Part shown: positions 34,631 through 43,166 of the stretch, piece by piece
How the letters are laid out: each line of letters begins with the position of its first letter
How positions within the stretch are numbered: the stretch's first letter is position 1
Assembly: GCA_964365915.1 (NCBI GenBank)
Contig: CAYIRJ010000004.1
Location: forward strand, 1-47,359
Source of the DNA: Candidatus Woesearchaeota archaeon
Lineage (GTDB): Archaea > Nanobdellota > Nanobdellia > SCGC-AAA011-G17 > DATDVL01
Length of the DNA stretch: 47,359 nucleotides
Direction of reading: 5' to 3'
Notes under the pieces: generated by a model
Told to the model about the DNA's origin: nothing
The model's database searches: none
The model's input: the letters and a program-made list of their open reading frames with translations, nothing else
Program-made: the position numbers and the translations under genes

Positions 34631-36292
34631 ATGCGCGGGGGTATGTTGATTGCCTGGTTGAATGCTGCAACGCCTGAAACCTTTATTGGAGAGAAAGCAA
34701 GAACCCTTGCTGCATTAGCAACTCATGGGATCAATGTGCCGAAAGGATTTGTCATTACCCAAGAGGCATTTACCCACTTTCTTGCGGCAAACCAGATTGA
34801 CTTGCAGTTTCTTGAAAACTTGAACTTGGAGGATCAGGAACAAGTGGCGCATGCGGCAGCAGAACTCCAGCATCTTTTCCAGCAGGCCTATTTTCCAGAA
34901 ACACTACAGCAGGAAATTCTTTCAGCGTATGACCAGATGCTGGTGAGTGCTGAAGTGTATCATCATGTCAGCGCAGAAGCCTTGAACATTCTGAAGACAG
35001 GAAGAGACCTTCCTAAGGTCCTGATTCGGTCCAGCTGGAAGGAAGGAAAAGCGCTTTTTCATATTAAAGGGAAGGAAGCACTGCTGCAAGCCATCAAGGA
35101 AAGTTGGATGCTCCGCTTTCAGCCTGCACTATTGCAGCACCACATGCATGACATGGAAGTTATTGTACAAAAAATGCTTACTGTAGAACGCTCGGGTGTT
35201 GTTGTCCCTGATCAGCAGACTCACATTGAAGTAGTGTTAGGACTCTATGATGCGGTTACTCAGCAGCTTGTTCAGCCTGATGTGTATGCTCTTGATGAGC
35301 AGGGCACGTTTATTACCAAACAAGTGGTGAAGCAGGAATTCCTCTTCGTACGCGATTCCCAGGGAAGCTTGATCAAAAAGCATTTATTCTACCATGGGGA
35401 AAGCCAGAAACTCAGCGATTATGATGCACGCCAAATAGCAAAGCTCTACCAGAAAATTACGAGCATACTTGGATACATGTCTATTCTTGAATTTGCATTT
35501 GATGGTAATCAATTGTATGTACTGCAGGCTACCCAGCAGAAGCAGGAACCTGTCGTGGAACACGTAATGCAGCAAGCACAACCAGATATGCAAGCACAGG
35601 AACCGGAAACGCTTTCTTCAGAAGATCTGCATACTGTGACTGAACTGAAGGTGTTTCTTGAACAGAAGGACAGCTCTATTCCCTGTGATGGAGTGTTTAC
35701 TACTGCCTCTCTCCAAGATCTTCAAGAGATAGCCAAGGAATACCAACAAAATACGGTGTGGTATGCATTGCGCGATGCGCAGGATCTCCTGGACATTGCT
35801 AAGTTCCATGATGCAGGAGCGAACAATGTGGGGATTGCTATTTGTGGACTCACGGAAATTGAGCAGCTGCGGATGGTGAAGAACTCCCTGAAGAAGGCGG
35901 GGCTGGAACCTTTGGAGGAAATTGAAGTAGGATTAGTTATCGATTCCCCTCTTCTCCTCTATTTGCTTGATGACATTGACAGAGAAGGAATTGATTTCTT
36001 AGTAGTGGATTTTGCAACGCTGGCAGAGCGGAGTGCGGGAAAAGTCACGGACGGAAAAAACAAGGGATACTTGAAGTTACTGCATCATTTAGTGAAGGAA
36101 TGCAAATTGAGAAATATTGAAATTGGGGTTGCGGGGACCTTTGATGACGAACTGATTGACTTCTTTGTGAAGGCAGGATTTGACAGCTTGATATTGCCGA
36201 AGGCACAGCTGGAAAATGTGAAGAAAACAGTTGCGCGTGCGGAAAAAAGGCTGTTATTAAACGCTGCACGAAGAGACTTGAAAGAGATATGA
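34631..36292 (+). CDS. PEP synthase/PPDK-like protein without the phosphohistidine swivel domain
   Basis: 553 aa. The N-terminus GEKARTLAALATHGINVPKGFVITQEAF..VQKMLTVERSGVV is a PPDK_N-type ATP-grasp. The C-terminus ..IEVGLVIDSPLLLYLLDDIDREGIDFLVVDFATLAE is PEP-utilizer TIM-barrel-like. No GGxTSHAAI-type motif is present. Confidence 0.6.
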   Translation: MRGGMLIAWLNAATPETFIGEKARTLAALATHGINVPKGFVITQEAFTHFLAANQIDLQFLENLNLEDQEQVAHAAAELQHLFQQAYFPETLQQEILSAYDQMLVSAEVYHHVSAEALNILKTGRDLPKVLIRSSWKEGKALFHIKGKEALLQAIKESWMLRFQPALLQHHMHDMEVIVQKMLTVERSGVVVPDQQTHIEVVLGLYDAVTQQLVQPDVYALDEQGTFITKQVVKQEFLFVRDSQGSLIKKHLFYHGESQKLSDYDARQIAKLYQKITSILGYMSILEFAFDGNQLYVLQATQQKQEPVVEHVMQQAQPDMQAQEPETLSSEDLHTVTELKVFLEQKDSSIPCDGVFTTASLQDLQEIAKEYQQNTVWYALRDAQDLLDIAKFHDAGANNVGIAICGLTEIEQLRMVKNSLKKAGLEPLEEIEVGLVIDSPLLLYLLDDIDREGIDFLVVDFATLAERSAGKVTDGKNKGYLKLLHHLVKECKLRNIEIGVAGTFDDELIDFFVKAGFDSLILPKAQLENVKKTVARAEKRLLLNAARRDLKEI

Positions 36293-36580
36293 TTACTTCT
36301 TTGAATACTGCTCACTGGGATCGTAGGGAAGAGGATTCTCTGCATACGAGATGATCATTTCTTTCTTTCCCAGATTGTGGTACATCATGAAAAACTGCTC
36401 AAGAGGTGGAGGGGCAGGTAAAGACTTTTCTGGTTTGGGAGGAGCTACAGGCATTTGGCTCATGATCTTTCCTCTTTGATATTGTTCTTGTTTATCTGGT
36501 AATGTTTTTTTGGTCATGCATGCAACAGTTAATGCACTGAGTATGGCAAGCAATGATGAAGTACGTGCAAGCGATCTCAT
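36293..36580 (-). CDS. small putative lipoprotein (95 aa)
   Basis: Signal-like MRSLARTSSLLAILSALTVAC followed by a Pro-rich region. ATGA overlap with the upstream gene. Confidence 0.5.
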   Translation of the reverse strand: MRSLARTSSLLAILSALTVACMTKKTLPDKQEQYQRGKIMSQMPVAPPKPEKSLPAPPPLEQFFMMYHNLGKKEMIISYAENPLPYDPSEQYSKK

Positions 36581-37806
36581 TTTCTTCCTCCGCTTTTATC
36601 TAAGACTTCTGGTAGCATAGGAAGCGCTTCTGGAGTTAATCTCTCAGTTCCATACACCACTTCTCCTGTTATTTCTCCTTCTTTCCTGTTTATCTGGAGG
36701 CGAAGATGAGAACTTTTGAATTTTACTTTCCCGTTACCAATCTTTTCATCAATGTGCTCAGGCCGGACTAATGCATATGCTATCTGTGCATCCTCTGATG
36801 GCAATTTTATTCCGATGACTTCTCCTTCATTGTCTAAATTGAGAAAATCAAACTTCAGCACGGGTATTTCCTTGACGGTTCCTTCTGTGACTGTGATATC
36901 CCCCCAGTAATGTGCAGAAGTTCCCTTTGGGACAAAGAGGCTTGATTGCTTCGGCTGGACTGAGTTTTGACGCATCAATTCTTTCTTTTCTGCATCATAT
37001 TTTTGTTGCAAATCCAGAATGAGGCCATTGGTCCCTTTGATCATTTCCTTTGTGTTTCCCATGTCGTCAATTACTTTTTCTAGATTATTATTGACGGCAC
37101 CTAGGGAAGTCTCTACTCCTTCCACTCTTTCGTTCAATGTCCTTGTCATTCCTGCAGTCTTTTGCATATCTTGTGAGATCCTATTATAGGTTCCATCCTG
37201 TTTTCTTTGCATTCCGCGAAATTGGCGCTGCAATTCTCTTTTCTCTCTGCCTGCTGCATTCTTCACTTCATCCCGATATTGCTGCAATGTTTGCTGCTCT
37301 GCAGCATGCATCTGATCATGCACTTCCCATCCTTTTCTTGTTATGTAATATGCAGTAATACCCATAGCAAGTGCTGCAATGCCAATTCCTATTCCGAGAC
37401 CCCATCCTATTCTTTCTGGTAGTTGCGGTGGAACTTGTGGGACTGGGGCAGGTGGAGCTAGAGTTTGAGGAAGAACATAGATGGGTGGTTGATTTTTTCC
37501 TGCTTGCTTCACTTCTTCTCGTAACTGACCATAATTTTGCTGCGCTTCTGCCCGCAGAGCATCCACCTTTGCATGTAACCTTTCTTGATTCTTGTCTATT
37601 TTATCCATTCCTCTTAATCCTACTGCGGCAGCTTCTCCATATACTACTAATGTTTCTTTAGTGAGGTCATTCTCCTTGCGGTACTGTTCTTCAAATTTGT
37701 TTAGTGTGGTATTTACATTCTTCACATCTGTTGTTAAACCTGCAAGGGAGCATTCTATTCTAAGCCCTTGTTCGAGAATATCAGAGAAACTTCCGTCCGC
37801 AGTCAT
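36577..37806 (-). CDS. bitopic coiled-coil membrane protein (409 aa)
   Basis: Coiled-coil N-terminus, a Pro-rich linker, one TM helix (IGWGLGIGIGIAALAMGITAYYI), a second coiled coil and a beta-rich C-terminal domain. No family recognised. Confidence 0.55.
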   Translation of the reverse strand: MTADGSFSDILEQGLRIECSLAGLTTDVKNVNTTLNKFEEQYRKENDLTKETLVVYGEAAAVGLRGMDKIDKNQERLHAKVDALRAEAQQNYGQLREEVKQAGKNQPPIYVLPQTLAPPAPVPQVPPQLPERIGWGLGIGIGIAALAMGITAYYITRKGWEVHDQMHAAEQQTLQQYRDEVKNAAGREKRELQRQFRGMQRKQDGTYNRISQDMQKTAGMTRTLNERVEGVETSLGAVNNNLEKVIDDMGNTKEMIKGTNGLILDLQQKYDAEKKELMRQNSVQPKQSSLFVPKGTSAHYWGDITVTEGTVKEIPVLKFDFLNLDNEGEVIGIKLPSEDAQIAYALVRPEHIDEKIGNGKVKFKSSHLRLQINRKEGEITGEVVYGTERLTPEALPMLPEVLDKSGGRK

Positions 37807-37808
37807 AC

Positions 37809-38222
37809 TTATTTCCTTGTCCGAATATCAAACTTCTCTTTCCCACAGTCAACTTGTACCCGAGATTCTGGAGATTTTCGTTCTCCCATTGGGCCATATT
37901 GGGGATGGCTGGAAGCAGGTGCTGATGGCAAGGATTGCTGAATCATATGCTGCAATAATTGCTGGTACTGTTGCATGAGCATTTGTATTTGTACATCTCC
38001 CTGAGGCTGATATGTCGGTATAGGGATTATTGTCGAGGCATTTGCTGGCTGGTTCAGGACATAGCTTAGTCCAGATCCTTGAGGAACGCCTTGAAATACG
38101 AAAACTTGTGGTTCAGGTTTTTCACATTTCTTGCTACAATCTATGTTAATTCCTGGTGCAGTGCACGCGGCAAGCGCAATGCCTACTAAAGAACTTTCTG
38201 TTAATGCTTTGAACATCTTCAT
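37809..38222 (-). CDS. putative lipoprotein (137 aa from ATG 38222)
   Basis: MKMFKALTESSLVGIALAAC has a lipobox-like Cys, followed by a Gln/Pro-rich region. ATG 38222 lies 1 nt after the upstream stop (38224-38226). The ORF-track start is 38264. Confidence 0.5.
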   Translation of the reverse strand: MKMFKALTESSLVGIALAACTAPGINIDCSKKCEKPEPQVFVFQGVPQGSGLSYVLNQPANASTIIPIPTYQPQGDVQIQMLMQQYQQLLQHMIQQSLPSAPASSHPQYGPMGERKSPESRVQVDCGKEKFDIRTRK

Positions 38223-38223
38223 T

Positions 38224-38754
38224 TTATTTTCCTCCCCTGCTTTGAGCATACTGTTCCACTTCATTGATCAAACCCACAAGATCGTCTTGCGACTGGACCT
38301 CGATATCATTCCAAAATGCATAAACCCCAGTATCACACGGATCTTTTGACCTTCCGAAATAGAAATGCGGACGGACGGTAGTTTCTCCATCATGATATAC
38401 AACCCATGCACGATCTCCCTCTTTTTCTCCATAGAAATGTTCTCTGACTTTTCCACCTACTATTAGTGCACATCTTTCCGGCGCTGCCTTTGCACGCTCT
38501 TCTAAGTTCTTTTTTTGTGAAGAAGCAGCTTCCTTTGGCTTTTTTTCTGGCTCTTCTATCAACTCGTCTGAATCCTTTGGCATGGAATCTGGGTTTTCAA
38601 CAAGGTACTCTTTGCCATTTTTATCAGTTTTTTCTTCCCTTCTCACTGTTTCTTGTGGTACATAGGCTTTATTGCAGTGAGTAGCAACAAGAATTCCCGC
38701 TAATCCTGCTAAAGTAAGTGTACTGGTGATCGCAGTATATTTTGCTGTATTCAT
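38224..38754 (-). CDS. putative membrane-anchored/secreted protein (176 aa)
   Basis: N-terminal hydrophobic segment ITSTLTLAGLAGILVATHC, then a charged linker and a globular C-terminus. No family recognised. Confidence 0.5.
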   Translation of the reverse strand: MNTAKYTAITSTLTLAGLAGILVATHCNKAYVPQETVRREEKTDKNGKEYLVENPDSMPKDSDELIEEPEKKPKEAASSQKKNLEERAKAAPERCALIVGGKVREHFYGEKEGDRAWVVYHDGETTVRPHFYFGRSKDPCDTGVYAFWNDIEVQSQDDLVGLINEVEQYAQSRGGK

Positions 38755-38836
38755 TTTTCAAACCCCTCTTTTTTGCAAATGCTAAGATTATTTAAAGCTT
38801 TCTATTGTTCTTATCCTTAAGTGGTTACTTAGGTTG

Positions 38837-39703
38837 TTATGATTGGGTGGCTTTTGCTGTAAGTCCTAAGAAAGGTTCTACGCCAATGAATAGGTTAGGA
38901 TTTGCTCTTTGGGTTTCTACAAGATTGTCTAGAGACTGTAAACGCCGTATATCCATTGCTTTAGGATGTTGTTCGTAGAATTCTGCGGCTTTTGCATACT
39001 CTGCTGCCATTTCTGTTTCTTTTTTGGCCAAATTTAAACGTCCTTCTGCTTCTTCGGCTGCAAGAGTTGCTTCTGCTAATCTTGCCTCTAATTCAGGAGG
39101 GAGATCTATGCGACGGTATAATAGTGCATCTGCCGTTATCCCTAATTGTTCTATTGCGAATTTTTTTGTATCCTCAGAGAGGGTATCAATAGTCTTCTGT
39201 CCACCAACAGTTGCTTGCGCGAGTTCTCTCATTTCTTTTAACTTTTTAGAAAGCACGAATTGCCGCAAGTCTGCTTCTGCGCGATGAATGAGTAAAGTTT
39301 TATAATCAATCTTTTCTGATTCGCTATCATATGCGGCTTGTACAGTTTTTTTTGGATCAGTAATACGGTAATAAAGTGATGCTGACGCCGAAAGGACATC
39401 AATATAATCCCCAGTCTGCACTGTCTTTACCTCGATGTGTTCATTTCTTGGTCTTACGGTATTAATGACCATTCCGCTGCCCCATAATTTAGCTGGGCTA
39501 AAAATAATACGCCATCCTGCACCCTTTACTTCCTCACTTAATTTTCCCCTTCTCCAATAAATCCATTCTTGACCCGACCGTATTTGTAATAATTTAAGAA
39601 ATCTTGTTTCAATAATCATTTCTTCATGAGGACTTTCTAAATAGAACTTGTTTTGCGTATCTTCATCACTTGATTCTGAAAGTTCTGGCTCTTCTGTTGA
39701 CAT
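38837..39703 (-). CDS. SPFH/Band-7 (stomatin-prohibitin-like) domain protein with no N-terminal TM helix
   Basis: 288 aa. ..VKTVQTGDYIDVLSASASLYYRITDPKK, ..HRAEADLRQFV.., ..LGITADALLYRRIDLPPELEARLAEA.. and ..AMDIRRLQSLDNLV follow the SPFH pattern. The N-terminus is acidic, not hydrophobic. Confidence 0.72.
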   Translation of the reverse strand: MSTEEPELSESSDEDTQNKFYLESPHEEMIIETRFLKLLQIRSGQEWIYWRRGKLSEEVKGAGWRIIFSPAKLWGSGMVINTVRPRNEHIEVKTVQTGDYIDVLSASASLYYRITDPKKTVQAAYDSESEKIDYKTLLIHRAEADLRQFVLSKKLKEMRELAQATVGGQKTIDTLSEDTKKFAIEQLGITADALLYRRIDLPPELEARLAEATLAAEEAEGRLNLAKKETEMAAEYAKAAEFYEQHPKAMDIRRLQSLDNLVETQRANPNLFIGVEPFLGLTAKATQS

Positions 39704-39824
39704 ATTATTTTACAGTCATTTCCCCTTTAAAAATCTTTCTTTTGTCGTCTTTTTATGGTGATTACAAATGCATAAGGTTTATATAGGAGTTCAACTATTA
39801 TGATTACTATTAAGTAGTATACTT

Positions 39825-40145
39825 ATGGAGAGAAAAATGGATGTTAAAACAAAAGTAAAAGAAAAGGGAAAGAAACATTGGAAATACGCAGTGGGTTTAG
39901 CAATTGGAATTCCCTTAGGTACGTGTGCAGGATCTTGCGCGGGCGAACCTGATAAATATTATAGAATAGATGCAACAGGAGACGGCAAGCAGGATATTGT
40001 CCTAGAAGACAGGGGCTATTGTTTTGGTCTTTGGGGTGTTGATCATTATGTCCTTACTAGAGATGGAAGCAAGAACCGTATCTTGGATGGGAAAACTCTT
40101 ATTGAACGCATTGCTGAAAATGCGGAGAATGTTGAGGTAGAATAA
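39825..40145 (+). CDS. small membrane-anchored protein with one FG-GAP-type Ca-binding motif (106 aa)
   Basis: Hydrophobic AVGLAIGIPLGTCAGSC followed by DATGDGKQDIVL. Confidence 0.5.
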   Translation: MERKMDVKTKVKEKGKKHWKYAVGLAIGIPLGTCAGSCAGEPDKYYRIDATGDGKQDIVLEDRGYCFGLWGVDHYVLTRDGSKNRILDGKTLIERIAENAENVEVE

Positions 40146-40146
40146 T

Positions 40147-40269
40147 ATGAAATGCGCTAAATGTTATTACATCTGGGAAAGCAGAATCGAAGATCCGAAA
40201 AGCTGTCCACGCTGCAAAACGCGCTTGGATTATGGAAAAGCTTTAGAAGCTGTAATGATAGGAGCATAA
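40147..40269 (+). CDS. 40-aa zinc-ribbon mini-protein (absent from the ORF track)
   Basis: MKCAKCYYIWESRIEDPKSCPRCKTRLDYGKALEAVMIGA carries CxxC-x13-CxxC. Its ATG is 1 nt after the upstream TAA, and its TAA is 1 nt before the next ATG. Confidence 0.55.
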   Translation: MKCAKCYYIWESRIEDPKSCPRCKTRLDYGKALEAVMIGA

Positions 40270-40270
40270 T

Positions 40271-40582
40271 ATGAAAGAAGAAAATAGCAATACGGGAAGA
40301 ATCTTAGTACTTAGTTTTATTGGTGGAATCGCAGCTACGACCTGTGTTCGAACAGGTGATATCAAGGAGAGATTAAATGAAATAGATCAGAAACAGATAA
40401 GGTATATACAACATCAATTAGATGAATTAGACAAAAAAACGAAACAAGAAACCGTTACTTCAAGCAACGTTTTTGGTGATGAGAAACCAGAAACTTTTTA
40501 TGAAGTCAATGGCCAGCGCGCTTATCTTACCATTGACGGAAAACCTGTTGAAGAATATATAAGGGATATAAGGGAACGATAA
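40271..40582 (+). CDS. small N-terminally anchored protein (103 aa)
   Basis: TM-like ILVLSFIGGIAATTCV, a coiled segment and a C-terminal FYEVNGQRAYLTIDGKPVEEY. No family recognised. Confidence 0.5.
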   Translation: MKEENSNTGRILVLSFIGGIAATTCVRTGDIKERLNEIDQKQIRYIQHQLDELDKKTKQETVTSSNVFGDEKPETFYEVNGQRAYLTIDGKPVEEYIRDIRER

Positions 40583-40584
40583 CA

Positions 40585-41226
40585 ATGGCAGAAACAAAAG
40601 AAACAAAGAAACCTGTATACACGCTTGAAAGCGCTCGCAAGAGCTTGCCTTTTACTGGGTATGGCATTCATAGACATCTTGTTGAAACGTATTCTGGCAT
40701 GCTGAAAAAGACCAAGGGATCACTTTACATTGATCCTCAACAGATTGAAGCCTTGAATAACGTTCTTGCTGAGGAAACAGAAAAGGCAGTTTTACGTGAA
40801 GTGGGAGTCAAAGAACTTGCAACTCCTGCTAAAGGTTCAGAAGCTATGGGTGCTTTTTTTCAACGTGCCTTGGGCTTGAAAGAACTTACCCCAAAATTTG
40901 GAAAAGATGGCTCGCTTCTTGGTGTTTATGAGCAGATTAACCGATTTACTCAAGGATATCGCCAACGCGTACAAAGTACTATGGTTCAGGAAATGCCTGG
41001 AGATGATAGAAAATCCCTTGCTGGAGAAATTCAGAAATACGGGAATTTCAAACTCAAAGAAGAAGTTGTAAATACTCCTGAAGCACTCGCTGCAGCTTGG
41101 GCCACCTACGAGAATATTAAACAAAGTGAAGAGAAGGATGAAGATAAGAAGTTCGCATTACGAAAAAGTCTTGAAAAACTGATCAAAGAAGAGGAAGAAA
41201 AACAAGAAATGAGGAAAGCTGCTTAA
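40585..41226 (+). CDS. hypothetical soluble protein (213 aa)
   Basis: Long ORF in the operon with no signal sequence and a Lys/Glu-rich tail. No family recognised. Confidence 0.5.
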   Translation: MAETKETKKPVYTLESARKSLPFTGYGIHRHLVETYSGMLKKTKGSLYIDPQQIEALNNVLAEETEKAVLREVGVKELATPAKGSEAMGAFFQRALGLKELTPKFGKDGSLLGVYEQINRFTQGYRQRVQSTMVQEMPGDDRKSLAGEIQKYGNFKLKEEVVNTPEALAAAWATYENIKQSEEKDEDKKFALRKSLEKLIKEEEEKQEMRKAA

Positions 41227-41237
41227 GGAGAAAAACC

Positions 41238-41534
41238 ATGAAAACATTACCAAAACTCGGATTGCTGGGATTATTGGGTGGTGGTTTAATGGGTTGTGGA
41301 GATGTAGGATATCAACCTGCTAATGAACCTCTCGAAAGAGATACTTCCCAGGATACTGTTCCTTTCTTTAACCAGTTTGGGGTGCTCTATCCTGTAGAGT
41401 CTACTTTTGGAATTGACTATCCAGTTAATTCCCTTGCTACTGGTGATTTTGATGGTGATGGGGATTTAGATCTTGCTGTGGGAAGTGAAGATGCGATAAT
41501 TATTTACGAGAACAAAATTCCTCAGAAGAAATAA
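41238..41534 (+). CDS. small lipoprotein with one FG-GAP repeat (98 aa)
   Basis: MKTLPKLGLLGLLGGGLMGC has a lipobox-like Cys; ATGDFDGDGDLDLAVG follows. GGAG lies upstream of the ATG. Confidence 0.6.
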   Translation: MKTLPKLGLLGLLGGGLMGCGDVGYQPANEPLERDTSQDTVPFFNQFGVLYPVESTFGIDYPVNSLATGDFDGDGDLDLAVGSEDAIIIYENKIPQKK

Positions 41535-41535
41535 C

Positions 41536-41952
41536 ATGAAACTGTTGCAAACGCTGGGACTCATTGGTGCAGGATTAGCATCTTTGCTCCAGGGATGCAG
41601 TAAAACCCCTTCCGTTTCTATCAATAACAATGTCGTGCCGAAAGAAGGGGACAGGGCTATTCTGCAGTTACCCAGTCTGATTAAACCTCCTTACTACTAT
41701 GCCTATATCTGGGATTTAAATGGTGATGGGAACATTGATGAAGCAGTCCATGTCTATGACGTTGATCATCTCAACATAGGTGTAGATCTCAACAAATTGG
41801 CAGGAATTCTTAACACATTAAATAAAGAACAATGGGCTCATTTCCGAGCTGAGGATATTCAACAACCTTATTTTGTTACTCCTCAAACGCGAATCATGTC
41901 TGAAGACCAAAGAACATTTTTCACGCAATCCTATCAACGTTTGCAAAGATAA
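41536..41952 (+). CDS. small lipoprotein with one DxNxDGxID Ca-binding motif (138 aa)
   Basis: MKLLQTLGLIGAGLASLLQGC is followed later by WDLNGDGNIDEAV. Confidence 0.55.
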   Translation: MKLLQTLGLIGAGLASLLQGCSKTPSVSINNNVVPKEGDRAILQLPSLIKPPYYYAYIWDLNGDGNIDEAVHVYDVDHLNIGVDLNKLAGILNTLNKEQWAHFRAEDIQQPYFVTPQTRIMSEDQRTFFTQSYQRLQR

Positions 41953-41953
41953 C

Positions 41954-42352
41954 ATGACTCATCCTACAAAACCTTCAGTTGAATTTAAGGAAGAACCCTT
42001 ACGCTATCTTTGTAATGAATCCTTCTTTGGATTACGAAAACTTTTTCCTGAACATTGGAACGATGGAAATATTGCATATATTGAAGGACTGATTGGAGGA
42101 TACTTTTTGGCAGATGCAGGCACAAGCCTTTATGGAGAAGCTGCTGTTCTTCCTAATATTAATCAACCTACGTTTTCACGCGATACAGAATTGCAAGGAA
42201 TAGTTAAAGGATCATTACTTGTCGAAGGCATTTACAGTTTAATTGCACCTAAGAAATTAAAACAATTCTGGAATGAAAATCCCATTTATTCCCGTGGCGC
42301 ACTCGGAACCATGATTGGCGCATCAGCACGAGGCATTCAACAACTTTTGTAA
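41954..42352 (+). CDS. hypothetical protein (132 aa from ATG 41954)
   Basis: ATG 41954 lies 1 nt after the upstream TAA. The ORF-track start at 41873 overlaps the previous gene. Confidence 0.5.
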   Translation: MTHPTKPSVEFKEEPLRYLCNESFFGLRKLFPEHWNDGNIAYIEGLIGGYFLADAGTSLYGEAAVLPNINQPTFSRDTELQGIVKGSLLVEGIYSLIAPKKLKQFWNENPIYSRGALGTMIGASARGIQQLL

Positions 42353-42353
42353 T

Positions 42354-43166
42354 TCACATTCCCTTTTTCTTCTCAATATATTCCTTCATTGCATGTACAA
42401 AATCCTCTGCCTTTTCCTTTAATTCATCGTAGTGCTTTCCAGAAATTTCCTTGATGTCGCGATGTACAATGTGCTTGAATGTTAGATACAGTTCTTGCAT
42501 GATCTTGGCATGCTTATGCTTAATATGGGTTCCTGCTAGTTTTCTTTCCACCATTTCAGCAACATGGCTCGGAGTGGGGGGAATCTCGCCTGCAGCCATT
42601 AAAGCAGCATGTGCAGCGTCAATAGCAGCCCAATACAAATCAATGGTTGCTCCGAGCAGGTGATCCCGCGACCTGGCAAGAGAAGCAGGAGCCAAGGTAA
42701 AATAGGTCCAGACTGATTCGTCTGTTGGTCTGATCCTTCCTTGTTCCAGCAATGCCTGCAGAGGATCAAAGAAGCCTGTGTCAATGACTGCAATGCCATA
42801 GCGCATGACATTAATGGCAACAGGATCGCCTGCACGCACATATTCCCACCAGGCAGTCAACTTCATGGACTGGACATGCAATCTCCTTGGATCGACATCA
42901 TTCATTGCCCTTGCCACGATAACCCGGTAAGCCTCGACCAATTCTTTATTGAACTGAAAACGGAGATCATCTACGATAATAAGAATGTCCAGATCGCGCT
43001 TCTTTCCTCCCGGATCCTTGACTGCAGAACCAAACAAGACCAAGGCGCGGATAAAATTGCCAAATTCCTTGTAAAGAATCTTAGCGAATTTCTGCGTGGT
43101 TTCAATATCCTCTGCAAGATAACGGGAGAAATTCCTCTGCTCACGCTGCGGAATAGAAAACTTCAC
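42354..43166 (-). CDS. nucleotidyltransferase (Pol-beta superfamily) fused to a helical HEPN-like C-terminal domain
   Basis: 270 aa. LVLFGSAVKDPGGKKRDLDILIIVDD is the NTase motif. ..LLEQGRIRPTDES..AGEIPPTPSH is paralogous to 30645-32486. Confidence 0.7.
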   Translation of the reverse strand: MKFSIPQREQRNFSRYLAEDIETTQKFAKILYKEFGNFIRALVLFGSAVKDPGGKKRDLDILIIVDDLRFQFNKELVEAYRVIVARAMNDVDPRRLHVQSMKLTAWWEYVRAGDPVAINVMRYGIAVIDTGFFDPLQALLEQGRIRPTDESVWTYFTLAPASLARSRDHLLGATIDLYWAAIDAAHAALMAAGEIPPTPSHVAEMVERKLAGTHIKHKHAKIMQELYLTFKHIVHRDIKEISGKHYDELKEKAEDFVHAMKEYIEKKKGM

